Below, one piece after another: positions 18,147 to 28,221 of a stretch of 64,000 nt of DNA. Made by a program: the position numbers and the translations under genes. The first letter of the stretch is position 1; each line of letters opens with the position of its first letter. The notes beneath the pieces are model-generated. The model saw only the letters and a program-made list of their open reading frames with translations. It did not search any database and was not told the DNA's origin. The stretch is from an uncultured bacterium (GTDB lineage: Bacteria > Patescibacteriota > Minisyncoccia > Phycocordibacterales > CAIZLB01), in the NCBI GenBank assembly GCA_903936565.1, contig CAIZVZ010000019.1, positions 3,559 to 67,558 of the forward strand, given 5' to 3'.

Positions 18147-18947
18147 ATGAGACTTCATCGATTCTACATAAAAGATAAAATTAATCCTAAGGAAAAGTTG
18201 GTTTTGCGATATTTTGATAATGAATCTACTTTAAATCAATGGAAGAAGGTCTTTAGATATCTTGCAGGAAGTAGGGTAATCCTTTTTGACGGATCAGGCA
18301 ATGATTATTTGGCTATAATTGAGAAGTTGGACACGGGGGAGGCGGTTTTGAGGATTTTGGAGGTTAGCAAAAGCGCTGAGGAGGAAGAGACTGGGTCTAA
18401 TAAAAAGGCTGGGGCGTCAGAAAAGAAGGTTGCAGCTCAGGTGAAAGTTAAGAAGCCTGGGGTGAAGGTAACAATATTGATGTCTTTAATTAAGAACGAC
18501 AACTTTGATTTGGTCCTACAAAAGGCAACAGAATTGGGCGTTACACAGATTGTTCCGGTAATTACAGATAGAACAATCAAAAAAGATTTGAATATGCAAC
18601 GTTCCCAAAGGATATTGGTTGAAGCATCAGAGCAGTGTGGAAGGGTGGATGTGCCTGTTATTACATCCGTTAAGCGATTAAATGAGTCCCTTTCTGAATT
18701 ATCTGAGTCAAAAACAAAAGAAGTTGGTGTCTTTGTATGTAACATGGGCGGTACAAATATCAAGGATGTTTTAAATAAAAAGAATACATATAAGGATTTG
18801 GTTTTTCTAATTGGACCTGAGGGTGGTTGGTCGCCAAAGGAAATAGCTTTATTTGAGAGTTCTAAAATTAAATCAGTTTCAATAAATCAGAATGTGTTGA
18901 GGGCGGAGACAGCGGCGCTTGCGCTTTTGGCAGTGGTGTTGGGGTAA
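18147..18947 (+). CDS. rsmE: 16S rRNA m3U1498 methyltransferase RsmE
   Basis: QKATELGV, EASEQCGR, IGPEGGWS, VLRAETA. Confidence 0.93.
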   Translation: MRLHRFYIKDKINPKEKLVLRYFDNESTLNQWKKVFRYLAGSRVILFDGSGNDYLAIIEKLDTGEAVLRILEVSKSAEEEETGSNKKAGASEKKVAAQVKVKKPGVKVTILMSLIKNDNFDLVLQKATELGVTQIVPVITDRTIKKDLNMQRSQRILVEASEQCGRVDVPVITSVKRLNESLSELSESKTKEVGVFVCNMGGTNIKDVLNKKNTYKDLVFLIGPEGGWSPKEIALFESSKIKSVSINQNVLRAETAALALLAVVLG

Positions 18948-18948
18948 C

Positions 18949-19716
18949 CTATTTTTTATCCGCTGATCCCCACAATACTTCAAAATTTTTCCAGAAACTC
19001 TCAACTACGACTTTGTTCTTGATTGAAAATACAATAGGCTTTTTACCCCAAACTGAAAGCATAACTTCACTTAGAGAGAGATTGATTGCTATTGGTCCAA
19101 AATAGTTTTTTGGAAGGAATCCAAGTTTGTATTTTTTTATATCCTTTCTTTCGTGAATGGTGTCAATTATTGGGTTTAGTTTTTTCTCAAGTAGCATTCT
19201 GACATCGCCAGTCTTTGGGAAGGTCCACTCATCTACTTTTACAAAGAAATTAGAAATCTTCTGTAGTGAACTTTTGTCAATTGCATTTGATCCAAAACCA
19301 ATAATTCCAAGGGGTTCATTTTTCTTTACGTTTTCAAGGTGTTGGCTAAATGCAAGTTGAAATCCATGCACACCTTCAAAAACGTTTATTTCATTCCTAT
19401 CCTGTTTATTCTGGGGAAGTGAGGCTATACTTTTGGATAATTTATTTAATTCCTCGAGGTTTTGTTTATATTCGTCGATTAATTGATTTGGCAATTCTGC
19501 ACGATAATACTTCACATTGTTTTTTACTAAATAAGAAACAAGACCTTTTTCTGTTAACAATCTCAGGGATTCATAAACACGTGAGCTTGAAATACCTGTC
19601 TCTTTAATTATCGCTCCGGTCTTGGATGTGCCAATAAGATACAGCGCTTCATAAACCTTTATATCATTATTGTGTAAACCAAATTGCTTTAATATTTCTA
19701 TTTTCATAATTACCAT
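18949..19716 (-). CDS. TrmB-family regulator (R2)
   Basis: FGLHNNDIKVYEAL...ISSSRVYESLRLLTEKGLV; ends NFEVLW. Confidence 0.85.
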   Translation of the reverse strand: MVIMKIEILKQFGLHNNDIKVYEALYLIGTSKTGAIIKETGISSSRVYESLRLLTEKGLVSYLVKNNVKYYRAELPNQLIDEYKQNLEELNKLSKSIASLPQNKQDRNEINVFEGVHGFQLAFSQHLENVKKNEPLGIIGFGSNAIDKSSLQKISNFFVKVDEWTFPKTGDVRMLLEKKLNPIIDTIHERKDIKKYKLGFLPKNYFGPIAINLSLSEVMLSVWGKKPIVFSIKNKVVVESFWKNFEVLWGSADKK

Positions 19717-19807
19717 ATTTAGTTATTACTCTCCTGTAAAGGAGGGTTTGATTTGTAATATATCAACAATATACACTACTCAAGATTATTAAACAAATAA
19801 AGAGAAA

Positions 19808-20944
19808 ATGAATAAATATTTAAAAGTTGTTCTTATATTATGTGTTATGGGGATTGGTGCCACTTTGCTATTTAGGAGTGTGTCTAACAATAATGAAAAC
19901 ATAAAGATTGGTGGTATCTCAGCTCTTTCTGGAGTTGGTGCTTCTGTGGGTGAGGATGAAAGAAAGGGCGCGGTTCTGGCGGTGGAAGAAGTAAATAAAA
20001 GAGGGGGAATAAACGGAAGAACAATCGAACTTATTTCTGAGGATCTTTCTATTGATAAAATTAATAAAGCCGTTTCTGTTGCGGAAAAACTTATTAATAT
20101 TGATAAGGTTGTAGCGATAGTGGGAGCACAGTGGGACGAGACTACTTTTCCAATATTACCCATCGCCGAGAAAGCTGAGGTTTCAATGGTAGGTGCTGAC
20201 AATTCTGATCAGCTTGAGAAAGATAAAGATTATCCATATTTTTTCTCTACTTGGTATGATAATCGAGTTGGGGTGAGAGAGATACTTCGCTATTCTGGTA
20301 CCCACAATATTAAAAGAATCTCAATAATTAAATTTCTCGCCGCTGGTTTCTGGGAATTTACAGCAAGAACCATGACAGATGAAGCTTCGAAGTATGATGT
20401 TGAGGTGGTAAATGAGTCCGATTTGGGGAATCCAACAGCTCTTGATTTTAGAACTGAACTACTTAAGGTAAATCAATACAATCCAGATGCAATTTTTATT
20501 GTCACAAATGACTTTAATCAATGTTCGTTTTTGAAGCAAAAAGCTGAGTTGGGAATAAATACTATTGCGTTAGGAACAGAGTCATCCGCTGATGGAACTT
20601 CAATTACAAATTGTCCTGACTTAATGGAAGACAGAGTTTGGAGTGCTCCGAAGGGCGGAAATAAATATTACGAATTTGAATCTAGATTCACGGCGCGTTT
20701 CGGTCAGAAACCAAATTCACCTTCTGCTGCAACTGCGTATGATGCCGTTATGGTCATTGCCAGTGCATTGCAAAAGACAAACGGTAGGGGTGGCGAAGAG
20801 TTACAAAACGCAATACAAGCAACAAATATCGATGGTGTTTCTGTAGATAAGATTGTATTTAATCAAAAAGGCTTTTTAGTTACTCCGGAGGATACTTTCT
20901 CCATGAAGGGATTTAAAGATGGAGAAGCGGTGGATTTGAAGTAG
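19808..20944 (+). CDS. LivJ-like solute-binding protein, TM-anchored (SBP2)
   Basis: IKIGGISALSG, AVEEVNKRGGINGR, DFRTELLK, AYDAV. Confidence 0.88.
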   Translation: MNKYLKVVLILCVMGIGATLLFRSVSNNNENIKIGGISALSGVGASVGEDERKGAVLAVEEVNKRGGINGRTIELISEDLSIDKINKAVSVAEKLINIDKVVAIVGAQWDETTFPILPIAEKAEVSMVGADNSDQLEKDKDYPYFFSTWYDNRVGVREILRYSGTHNIKRISIIKFLAAGFWEFTARTMTDEASKYDVEVVNESDLGNPTALDFRTELLKVNQYNPDAIFIVTNDFNQCSFLKQKAELGINTIALGTESSADGTSITNCPDLMEDRVWSAPKGGNKYYEFESRFTARFGQKPNSPSAATAYDAVMVIASALQKTNGRGGEELQNAIQATNIDGVSVDKIVFNQKGFLVTPEDTFSMKGFKDGEAVDLK

Positions 20945-20960
20945 ATTTGTAGTAAATAAT

Positions 20961-21005
20961 AAAAAACAAAACCAAGCCTATTTATAAAGCTCGGTTTTGT
21001 TTTTT
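20961..21005. terminator. Bidirectional terminator between SBP2 and SBP3
   Basis: aaaaaacaaaacc...ggttttgtttttt inverted repeat. Confidence 0.65.
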
Positions 21006-21022
21006 GAGAAATTGTATCAAGA

Positions 21023-22165
21023 CTATTTTACATTCACCCACTCACCACCTTTAATTGTCATAAGTAGAGTATCTCTTTGTGAAACCCCCTTCTCATTGAA
21101 GCTCAGTTTTCCAGATATTCCGTCGTGATTAATCTTTGTGAAGTTTGTTGTAAAACAAGTATTGTCTATTTTACCATCCGCATTTAGACACTTCTCAATA
21201 ACGCCAGACATTGCAATTACATCGTCATATGCGAATGTAACGTCCGCTGCCAACTTTACTCCAAATCTTTTTTCGTATCTATCTTTGAACTCCTTTTGTT
21301 TTTCAGTTAATGATCCATAGACGAATCCAAACCAACCTGTCACCGTCTTGTTTTTTTCGTAGAGATTTCTAATCTCTACGGTATCACCACTTGGCAAAAA
21401 TGGAGCGAGCATTTGATATGTTTGTATGTTAATCATGCCCAATTGATCCATTTGTCTCATTAAAATATCTGATTTTGTATGAGAGCATGTGAAAATAGCA
21501 TCTGGATTCACATTCTTAATCTTAGTTAGGGTTGTTTTGAAATCATTGTCCTCTGGGGTAAACATATATTCAGCAACAAGATTCTTTCCTTCTTTGTTAA
21601 ATATTTCCTTCGCTGTACCCAAGTATTCATTACAAGCTGTGTTGTTTTGACCAAAATATGCAATTCTAACGTGATTATCTGTGATCATTTGATTTGCCAT
21701 AGTCTTACCCATGTCTTTTGTATCAAAGTAATCTCTAAAGAATAAATCATTGTTTTCTGCGATTTCTGCAAAGGCTGAAGCATAGACCATTGGTATCTCT
21801 GCATTACCTGCTGTATCCTTTACAGCCTGCGTAATGTGAGTAAAGGCAGAGAATAGAATATCTACTTTGTCCACATTAATCAGTTTATTAACTCCTGATA
21901 CCGCTGGGTTAGCCAACCCCTGATTATCTTCAGTCTTTAGCTCCAGCATCCTACCTTTGATTCCTCCCGCTTTGTTTATATCTTCAACAGCCAATAGAAG
22001 TCCATTTCTTTCGGACTCTCCAATAAATGAAAGATTACCAGAAAGCGCCAAGGTAGCACCTATTTTAATAGTATCTGCTGACTTTTTCTGTTCATTAACG
22101 CTGATTACTGAAATAATGATTACTAATACGATTGCTATAATGGTCCAAATTGTTTTGTTTTTCAT
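21023..22165 (-). CDS. LivJ-like solute-binding protein, TM-anchored (SBP3)
   Basis: IKIGATLALSG, AVEDINKAGGIKGR, DFKTTLTKIK, AYDD, GISGKLSFN. Confidence 0.88.
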   Translation of the reverse strand: MKNKTIWTIIAIVLVIIISVISVNEQKKSADTIKIGATLALSGNLSFIGESERNGLLLAVEDINKAGGIKGRMLELKTEDNQGLANPAVSGVNKLINVDKVDILFSAFTHITQAVKDTAGNAEIPMVYASAFAEIAENNDLFFRDYFDTKDMGKTMANQMITDNHVRIAYFGQNNTACNEYLGTAKEIFNKEGKNLVAEYMFTPEDNDFKTTLTKIKNVNPDAIFTCSHTKSDILMRQMDQLGMINIQTYQMLAPFLPSGDTVEIRNLYEKNKTVTGWFGFVYGSLTEKQKEFKDRYEKRFGVKLAADVTFAYDDVIAMSGVIEKCLNADGKIDNTCFTTNFTKINHDGISGKLSFNEKGVSQRDTLLMTIKGGEWVNVK

Positions 22166-22291
22166 GATTTGTATATTAATTTACAAACACCATTATATGT
22201 TGCATTGTATATCTTGTCATAAAAATCGATTAAGTATTTTATATATTCCCAAATAACTAATCTATAAGCCATATTAAAGACTATTTACTGT

Positions 22292-22308
22292 TGTCGGTAT
22301 TTCTGACA
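22292..22308. promoter_or_regulatory. Candidate operator TGTC-N9-GACA
   Basis: tgtc-ggtatttct-gaca, 11 bp upstream of the R3 start. Confidence 0.55.
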
Positions 22309-22319
22309 CAATATGGAAT

Positions 22320-23090
22320 ATGGATGAAATATTACAAAAACTTGAGGAGTTTGGCATCAGTGAAAAGGCGGCAAAGATATATATTAGTCTGCTGCGTGAG
22401 CAAGATGTACCTGTATATAAGGTTGCTACGACCAGCAAAATACCTAGAACTACGGTTTATGCGATATTGGAGGAGTTGGAATCACAAGGTTTAGTGTCCA
22501 GTTGGAAGAAAAACAACGTAAAATACTACTCGGCAGAGAATCCTGAGAATCTTAAGAGAATATTGAAAAATAAGGAGATGGCACTTAATGAGATCTTTGG
22601 GGACTTAAGTGGAATGTTTAAGTTGGAGCGAGATAATCCTAAAACTAGGGTTTTGATTGGTGTGGAGGGAGTTAAAATAGCTTTTGAACACATGTTGGAG
22701 GTTATGGTCCAAGAGAGATTGAAGTTGGTTTATGCCTTTTTTGAATCTCAATTGACTGAATTATTCCCTAAATTCTTTTTTGAGTGGAGAGCGAGGAAAA
22801 ACAAGAAGACTGGAGCTACAACATTTCTTCTCGTTCCAAGTGGACTAGGTTTACACGAACACTACAAGAGCGATCCTTATAGAATAACCCGTGAGATGCC
22901 AAAAAAGTGGCCAGGTGGATCGTTTGCGATAATCGGAACCAATATATTTTTCTTCTCATTTAAGGAAAATGAGGTCTATTCTATAATTATTGAATCAAAA
23001 ATTATCTCCACCATGTTTGGGGGATTGTTTATGTATATTTGGAATACGCTGGATGATGATGTGGGGGTTAGAAATAAGGCTGAGTTTTAA
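22320..23090 (+). CDS. TrmB-family regulator (R3)
   Basis: FGISEKAAKIYISLL...IPRTTVYAILEELESQGLV...YYSAENP. Confidence 0.87.
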   Translation: MDEILQKLEEFGISEKAAKIYISLLREQDVPVYKVATTSKIPRTTVYAILEELESQGLVSSWKKNNVKYYSAENPENLKRILKNKEMALNEIFGDLSGMFKLERDNPKTRVLIGVEGVKIAFEHMLEVMVQERLKLVYAFFESQLTELFPKFFFEWRARKNKKTGATTFLLVPSGLGLHEHYKSDPYRITREMPKKWPGGSFAIIGTNIFFFSFKENEVYSIIIESKIISTMFGGLFMYIWNTLDDDVGVRNKAEF

Positions 23091-23135
23091 GTGTTCTTCT
23101 GACAATAATAATTATTAAGGTTGTGAAACGGTGTT

Positions 23136-23900
23136 TTATTTCCCCATATTCCACAAAACATCAAAAAACCTCCTATAACTCTCAACCATCTTCTGACTTT
23201 TAATTGAAAAGCGAATATGTGGTGTTCCAAATAGGTTAAACACCACTTCATTCGGAAAAATACTCATATTTACCTCATTTTCAAATCTACCATTCAATAA
23301 TCTTGATTTAAAGTTACTTCTCGGGTCATATTTTTCCTTAATTGCCTCTTCTTGCCCTAGTGACCCGACGTATTTCACGCTAATTTCTTTTTTGTTTCTC
23401 TGGTATTCATACTCCGTAAGAAGGTTTCCCATTGTTTCAGCCCACTGATCGCCAATCCCTCCAATAACAAGAAATTCAGATCCTTTTGGGGCGTCTTGCA
23501 GTGCCTTAAACTCAGATGCGATAAAAGACTCTGTTCCTTTAATAACATCAAAGTTCTGTTCATCTACATAATCAATCAAATTACTCAGGTTTTGCGATAG
23601 ATTTTCTGCAATAACCTTCTGCTTTTCAGCTTCAAGTACCAGAAGAGAGGGGTTTTGTGCTTCAAATTGCTTCCGACCGTTTTTAAGCGTGAAACGAACC
23701 ATGTTCTTTTCCTCTAGTTCTTTAAGTGAATTATAGACAAACTGGTTGTGTAACCCTGTCTCTTTAACTATCTTAGATGCTCCAACTCCACCGAGTCTGA
23801 GTAGGGAGTAGTAGACTCGTGCGGTTTTATCGCTAAAACCAAGCTTTTGGAAGTCATTTAAGAGTTTAGTGGGTATATTTTTATCAATATTGTTTGACAT
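23136..23900 (-). CDS. TrmB-family regulator (R4)
   Basis: LGFSDKTARVYYSLL...TGLHNQFVYNSLKEL; ends FFDVLW. Confidence 0.85.
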   Translation of the reverse strand: MSNNIDKNIPTKLLNDFQKLGFSDKTARVYYSLLRLGGVGASKIVKETGLHNQFVYNSLKELEEKNMVRFTLKNGRKQFEAQNPSLLVLEAEKQKVIAENLSQNLSNLIDYVDEQNFDVIKGTESFIASEFKALQDAPKGSEFLVIGGIGDQWAETMGNLLTEYEYQRNKKEISVKYVGSLGQEEAIKEKYDPRSNFKSRLLNGRFENEVNMSIFPNEVVFNLFGTPHIRFSIKSQKMVESYRRFFDVLWNMGK

Positions 23901-24017
23901 AGTTGTAATTTAAGCCTTTATATAAATACTATTTCATATATATAACTTTGTCAATAAATCATTGTAATAATTGACAAAACTGGAATAATATATTGTATTA
24001 AAAGATAAACAATATAT

Positions 24018-25145
24018 ATGAAAAACAAAAAGAACATATTTATAGCTATAGTTGGGATTATCGTAATAGTCTCACTCGTTTGGATGGGATCTAGGGATAA
24101 TTCCGTAGTAAGTGAAAATTCAGGTAATTTTAAAGCCAACAATCAAGAAATTGTTATTGGAGCAGTACTATCAGAAACTGGAATGGCTTCAATTGATGGG
24201 AATAACATAAAGAGTGGAATTGAATTTGCAAGAGAAGAATTAGCAAAGAAGGGGATTAATGTTAAGGTTGTTTATGAAGACGATCAAACTAATCCAAAGA
24301 ATACAGTTACTGCGATTCAAAAGTTAGTTGATATTAACCACCCCCAAGCTTTGATTGGTCCTACATGGAGTTTCTTGGCTGAAGCTGCTGGTCCTGTGGT
24401 TGAGAGAAATAAGATTGTTTCAATGAGTCCAGCAAATACTAGTGAGTTTGTTTCCGTTAATTCAGGATATTTCTTCTTTGGTGCACCAAAGAATGAGGCT
24501 AAGGAGAAATATGCAACAGATTGGATTAAGGAAAGGGGATTGAAGAGAATTGCAATTGTTGTTGAGAAAAGTGGTTGGTCAGATAGTCACATTGTACCGT
24601 TTGAGAATGCGATAAAGAATGCTGGTGCAGAGCTTGTGTTCACTGAAAAATTCACCTATGCACAAAACTCAGTTGATGGTGGATCTGTAAAGGATATTAT
24701 TATGAAAGCAAAGAACGCTGGAGTTGATGGAGTGCTTTATACAGGTTTTGATCAATCAACTGCTGTTCTAATTTCAAAGAAGCAAGAATTGAAAGCAGAT
24801 TTTCAAATGCTCATGGCAACAGAAATTCCAGTGGGACTTCAAAAGAAGGGGGTTGTGAATATAAAGGATTCTGACAATATGTTTATCATTAGCCCTAAGG
24901 ATTCAGAATCTTTCAGTGATGCATACAAGGCAAGATACAATGAGTATCCAGGTGCGTATGCGGACAGAGGATATGATAGTTTGATGCTACTCGTTTCCGC
25001 TTTACAGAATAAGGGCGATATGGATCTTAAGGATTATCTAAAATCTGATTCAAGTATAAAGTATAATGGTTATGCTGGAGTGTATGACTTTGATCAGAAG
25101 GGAGATATTAAAGATAGTACTTGGAAGGTGGTGAAGATAAAATAG
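24018..25145 (+). CDS. LivJ-like solute-binding protein, TM-anchored (SBP4)
   Basis: IVIGAVLSETG, VVYEDDQTNP, GYDSL, GYAGVYDFD..GD. Confidence 0.87.
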   Translation: MKNKKNIFIAIVGIIVIVSLVWMGSRDNSVVSENSGNFKANNQEIVIGAVLSETGMASIDGNNIKSGIEFAREELAKKGINVKVVYEDDQTNPKNTVTAIQKLVDINHPQALIGPTWSFLAEAAGPVVERNKIVSMSPANTSEFVSVNSGYFFFGAPKNEAKEKYATDWIKERGLKRIAIVVEKSGWSDSHIVPFENAIKNAGAELVFTEKFTYAQNSVDGGSVKDIIMKAKNAGVDGVLYTGFDQSTAVLISKKQELKADFQMLMATEIPVGLQKKGVVNIKDSDNMFIISPKDSESFSDAYKARYNEYPGAYADRGYDSLMLLVSALQNKGDMDLKDYLKSDSSIKYNGYAGVYDFDQKGDIKDSTWKVVKIK

Positions 25146-25171
25146 AAAAATAGTAAACAAAAGTTTGTTAT

Positions 25172-25199
25172 ACAAAACCTATAGAAATATAGGTTTTGT
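25172..25199. terminator. Bidirectional terminator
   Basis: acaaaacctata-gaaa-tataggttttgt perfect stem. Confidence 0.75.
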
Positions 25200-25208
25200 T
25201 TTTACATT

Positions 25209-25976
25209 TTATTTATCAAACTGCTTCGCACCAAGCCAGGATAATGCGTGAATTTTCTTAAACGCATCAGCAATTTCTTTACTTTCAATTATAATACCAA
25301 GCTTTTCTTTCCAAGACGCTATCATTATCTTGTTATTATAGATATTAATTTCAGGTGTGAAGTTGAACATTTCATTGGGAACCAGAAGGGTCTCTCGTAA
25401 TTCATTAGAGTCCTCCTTCTTTCTGAGTTTTCCCAACTCTGTATCTGGTACAATGGCGTGTGCCCATATCTTTTTGGCAGCTCTTCTTTTGTAATACTTT
25501 GGAAAATAGTTTGGCATTCCATCGTGCATTTCATCAACATTGGCAAATCCTAGTATTCCATCATCACTTGTGAGTGTGTCTTCATATACTTTCATCAAAC
25601 CATCTTCTCCTTCATAAAACTTCACAGAAGGTTTACTTCCTTTTGATTGAATTGCCAATAAGCGGGGGACAAGATCTTGAGCCTTATTCAGATTCTCTTC
25701 AAGTATGTTTTGCTGTCTTTTGACGTAATTGGCGATGGAGATTGGCGCTTCTGCCATAAATTCTTGCCTACTTCCTTTACCGAGCGCATTAACAATACCT
25801 TTATTGGCAAGAGAATTTAAAATGTCATATCCTGTTGTTCTGTTAATGCCTGCTTTCTTGGAAATATCAGCTACTTTTGCGTTACCTAATTCAAGTAGGG
25901 ATACGTAAACCTTGGCTTCTTTGTCGGATAGTCCTAATTTTTCTAATATAGTCTCAAGATTTGTGTACTGGCTCAT
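25209..25976 (-). CDS. TrmB-family regulator (R5)
   Basis: LGLSDKEAKVYVSLLELG...GINRTTGYDIL; PSVKFYEG; EINIYNNKI. Confidence 0.88.
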   Translation of the reverse strand: MSQYTNLETILEKLGLSDKEAKVYVSLLELGNAKVADISKKAGINRTTGYDILNSLANKGIVNALGKGSRQEFMAEAPISIANYVKRQQNILEENLNKAQDLVPRLLAIQSKGSKPSVKFYEGEDGLMKVYEDTLTSDDGILGFANVDEMHDGMPNYFPKYYKRRAAKKIWAHAIVPDTELGKLRKKEDSNELRETLLVPNEMFNFTPEINIYNNKIMIASWKEKLGIIIESKEIADAFKKIHALSWLGAKQFDK

Positions 25977-25985
25977 ATTACCCTT

Positions 25986-26123
25986 ATTATAATAAAACTA
26001 GTACTTGTGTCAATCGTGTTCCACAGTAATGTATTTATTATGTGTTTACATATAATGCTTGTATTGCAAATAACTGTAAACTTGGCGCAATGTTTTGACA
26101 GTATTTGATCACAATATTATAAT
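25986..26123. promoter_or_regulatory. Divergent sigma70 promoters of R5 and SBP5
   Basis: + strand TTGACA(26095)-17-TATAAT(26118); - strand TTGACA(26013)-16-TATAAT(25991). Confidence 0.75.
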
Positions 26124-26152
26124 TTGTCCAATTATAAATAATAATCAAATAT

Positions 26153-27259
26153 ATGAAAAAGAAAGTCATTTGGACAGTAGTTGTAGGTATGGTAGTTATA
26201 GCGGTTATATTTGCTGTAGGTAACAATGACAAAAAAGACACGAATACGATTAAAATTGGTAGTGTTAGCGCCCTCACGGGAGACGGTGCTGTTTATGGGG
26301 AGGTTTCTAAGAGGGGGCTCGATATTGCCGTTGAGGAAATAAACGCAGTTGGGGGTGTAAATGGTAAGAAAATAGAGATGGTTTATGAGGATGGAAAGTG
26401 TGATGGCAAGTCAGCTCTAAATGGTGCGCAAAAACTACACGGCCAAGGAATTGATATTCTTTTGGGTGTGACTTGTAGTGGAGAGGTACTCTCTATTGCT
26501 CCGTTTGCCGAACAAAACAAGATGGTGTTAATCAGTCCATCTGGATCAAATCCTGATATAACAAAGGCGGGGGACTATATATTTAGAAACAACCCATCAG
26601 ACGCGAGCAGGTCTGTCGTTTTTGTCCAAAAGATTCTGGACTTGGGATATAAAAATGTGGCGATAATATCTGAACAAACTGATTTTTCACAAGGCCTTAG
26701 AAAATCAATAATTGAAGAAGGAAACAAAAAGGGGCTGAAGATTGTTTTTGATGAGGTGTTTGATAAAGACTCTAAGGATTTTAGGACAACTTTGTCTAAG
26801 TTAAAAAACACGCAGGCAGATTCATTGATACTTCTACCACAGACTGATGTAACAATGGTCCCTCTGTACTCTCAAGCTTATCAGCTGGGAATCAGATTAC
26901 CAACTTTTGTTGCTGGGGAACAGATGACTGCAAAAACAGAACAATCTTTGGGAAGTATAGTGAAGGGTGTTTACGTTGTAGAAGCTCCTGGTTTGGATTC
27001 TAATAACGAGATTGCAAATAAATTGCTGGCTAAGTATAAGGCTAAATATGGTCAGCTTACTTTGGATTTTTATATGGCAGCATCATATGACAATGCGTAT
27101 ATAATCAAGAGGGCAATTGAAATTGCTGGGACTGAAGACCCTACTAGGGTAAAAGAAGCCCTTTATAAAATCAAAGATTTCAAGGGTGCGATAGGAACTT
27201 ATGGTTTTGATTCTAATGGAGATATTCAGGGGGTGGGGTTTGTGATGAATCAAAGGTAG
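26153..27259 (+). CDS. LivJ-like solute-binding protein, TM-anchored (SBP5)
   Basis: IKIGSVSALTG, EDGKCD...GVTCSG (LivJ-type Cys pair), YIFRNNPSD, SYDN. Confidence 0.9.
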   Translation: MKKKVIWTVVVGMVVIAVIFAVGNNDKKDTNTIKIGSVSALTGDGAVYGEVSKRGLDIAVEEINAVGGVNGKKIEMVYEDGKCDGKSALNGAQKLHGQGIDILLGVTCSGEVLSIAPFAEQNKMVLISPSGSNPDITKAGDYIFRNNPSDASRSVVFVQKILDLGYKNVAIISEQTDFSQGLRKSIIEEGNKKGLKIVFDEVFDKDSKDFRTTLSKLKNTQADSLILLPQTDVTMVPLYSQAYQLGIRLPTFVAGEQMTAKTEQSLGSIVKGVYVVEAPGLDSNNEIANKLLAKYKAKYGQLTLDFYMAASYDNAYIIKRAIEIAGTEDPTRVKEALYKIKDFKGAIGTYGFDSNGDIQGVGFVMNQR

Positions 27260-27311
27260 GATTCTGGTGGGAAGAATATTTGGGAATAAAACGTCTAGTA
27301 AAATAGGCGTT

Positions 27312-28073
27312 TTATTCTTGATTAGCAACCTTTTCTGCAACATTATTCCAAATCATGTTAAAGAATGATAAAAAGATACTACTAAATGGCTCTGATTCTA
27401 TGATTAGTGAATAAATCTTTTGATTATCCATAAAAAATAGGGCGGTCTTGTTGCCGTAGATATACATTGAACTTTTAATATCTTGCGGACCTTTGACCTC
27501 TCTAGTCTCTCTGAATGAGTTACTTTCATAGCCTTCATCAATGTCCCCTGGCACAAATTCAGGTCTGATTATTCTAATATGTATATTTGACTGCTCTCTT
27601 GTTTTAATCCATTCCCGGCTGACTTTTGGAAAATACTTAATAAAATCTGGTCTAAGGTATGCACTTATGGTTTTTACTTTTGTAAGCTTGGAATGATCTA
27701 AAATATCTTGAAGTACTGCTTTAGATCCTTCTTTTCCAGTGTATAACTTTGCGGAGGGAACAGCTCTGCCATCTTCGGAAAGTAGTCTGAGCTCTGGAAC
27801 CAGCTCCTTCATTTTCTCCAGCTTTTCTTCTTGAATTTTTAATAATCGGTTAGGACTCTCTGCTCCATAGTATTTAACTCCATTTTTCCTCCACATGCTT
27901 ACCAAACCCATTCTCTGCATTGATAGTAGGGTGTCATATATGGTTGTTTTAGCAATTCCAGTATCTTGAACGATCTGGGTAATTGAACAGTCTTTGAGCT
28001 TAAGGAGACTTAAATAGACCTGAGATTCCTTATCGGAAAAGCCAATTTGTGATAGTTGTTGAATATAATTCAT
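27312..28073 (-). CDS. TrmB-family regulator (R6)
   Basis: IGFSDKESQVYLSLL...GIAKTTIYDTL; MYIYGNKTA; FFNMIW. Confidence 0.87.
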   Translation of the reverse strand: MNYIQQLSQIGFSDKESQVYLSLLKLKDCSITQIVQDTGIAKTTIYDTLLSMQRMGLVSMWRKNGVKYYGAESPNRLLKIQEEKLEKMKELVPELRLLSEDGRAVPSAKLYTGKEGSKAVLQDILDHSKLTKVKTISAYLRPDFIKYFPKVSREWIKTREQSNIHIRIIRPEFVPGDIDEGYESNSFRETREVKGPQDIKSSMYIYGNKTALFFMDNQKIYSLIIESEPFSSIFLSFFNMIWNNVAEKVANQE

Positions 28074-28076
28074 AAA

Positions 28077-28095
28077 TGGTCGGAAAAAGCGACCA
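28077..28095. promoter_or_regulatory. Candidate operator TGGTC-N9-GACCA
   Basis: tggtc-ggaaaaagc-gacca immediately upstream of the R6 start. Confidence 0.55.
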
Positions 28096-28221
28096 ATATA
28101 TTATACATTATGAACCTTATAATACAAGTCAATTTCTGTTTCATATAAAATAGCGATTATAAAATGCGATTTAATTGACAAAGTCTAATATGATGTTGCT
28201 GTAATAATTTAAATCAAAAAT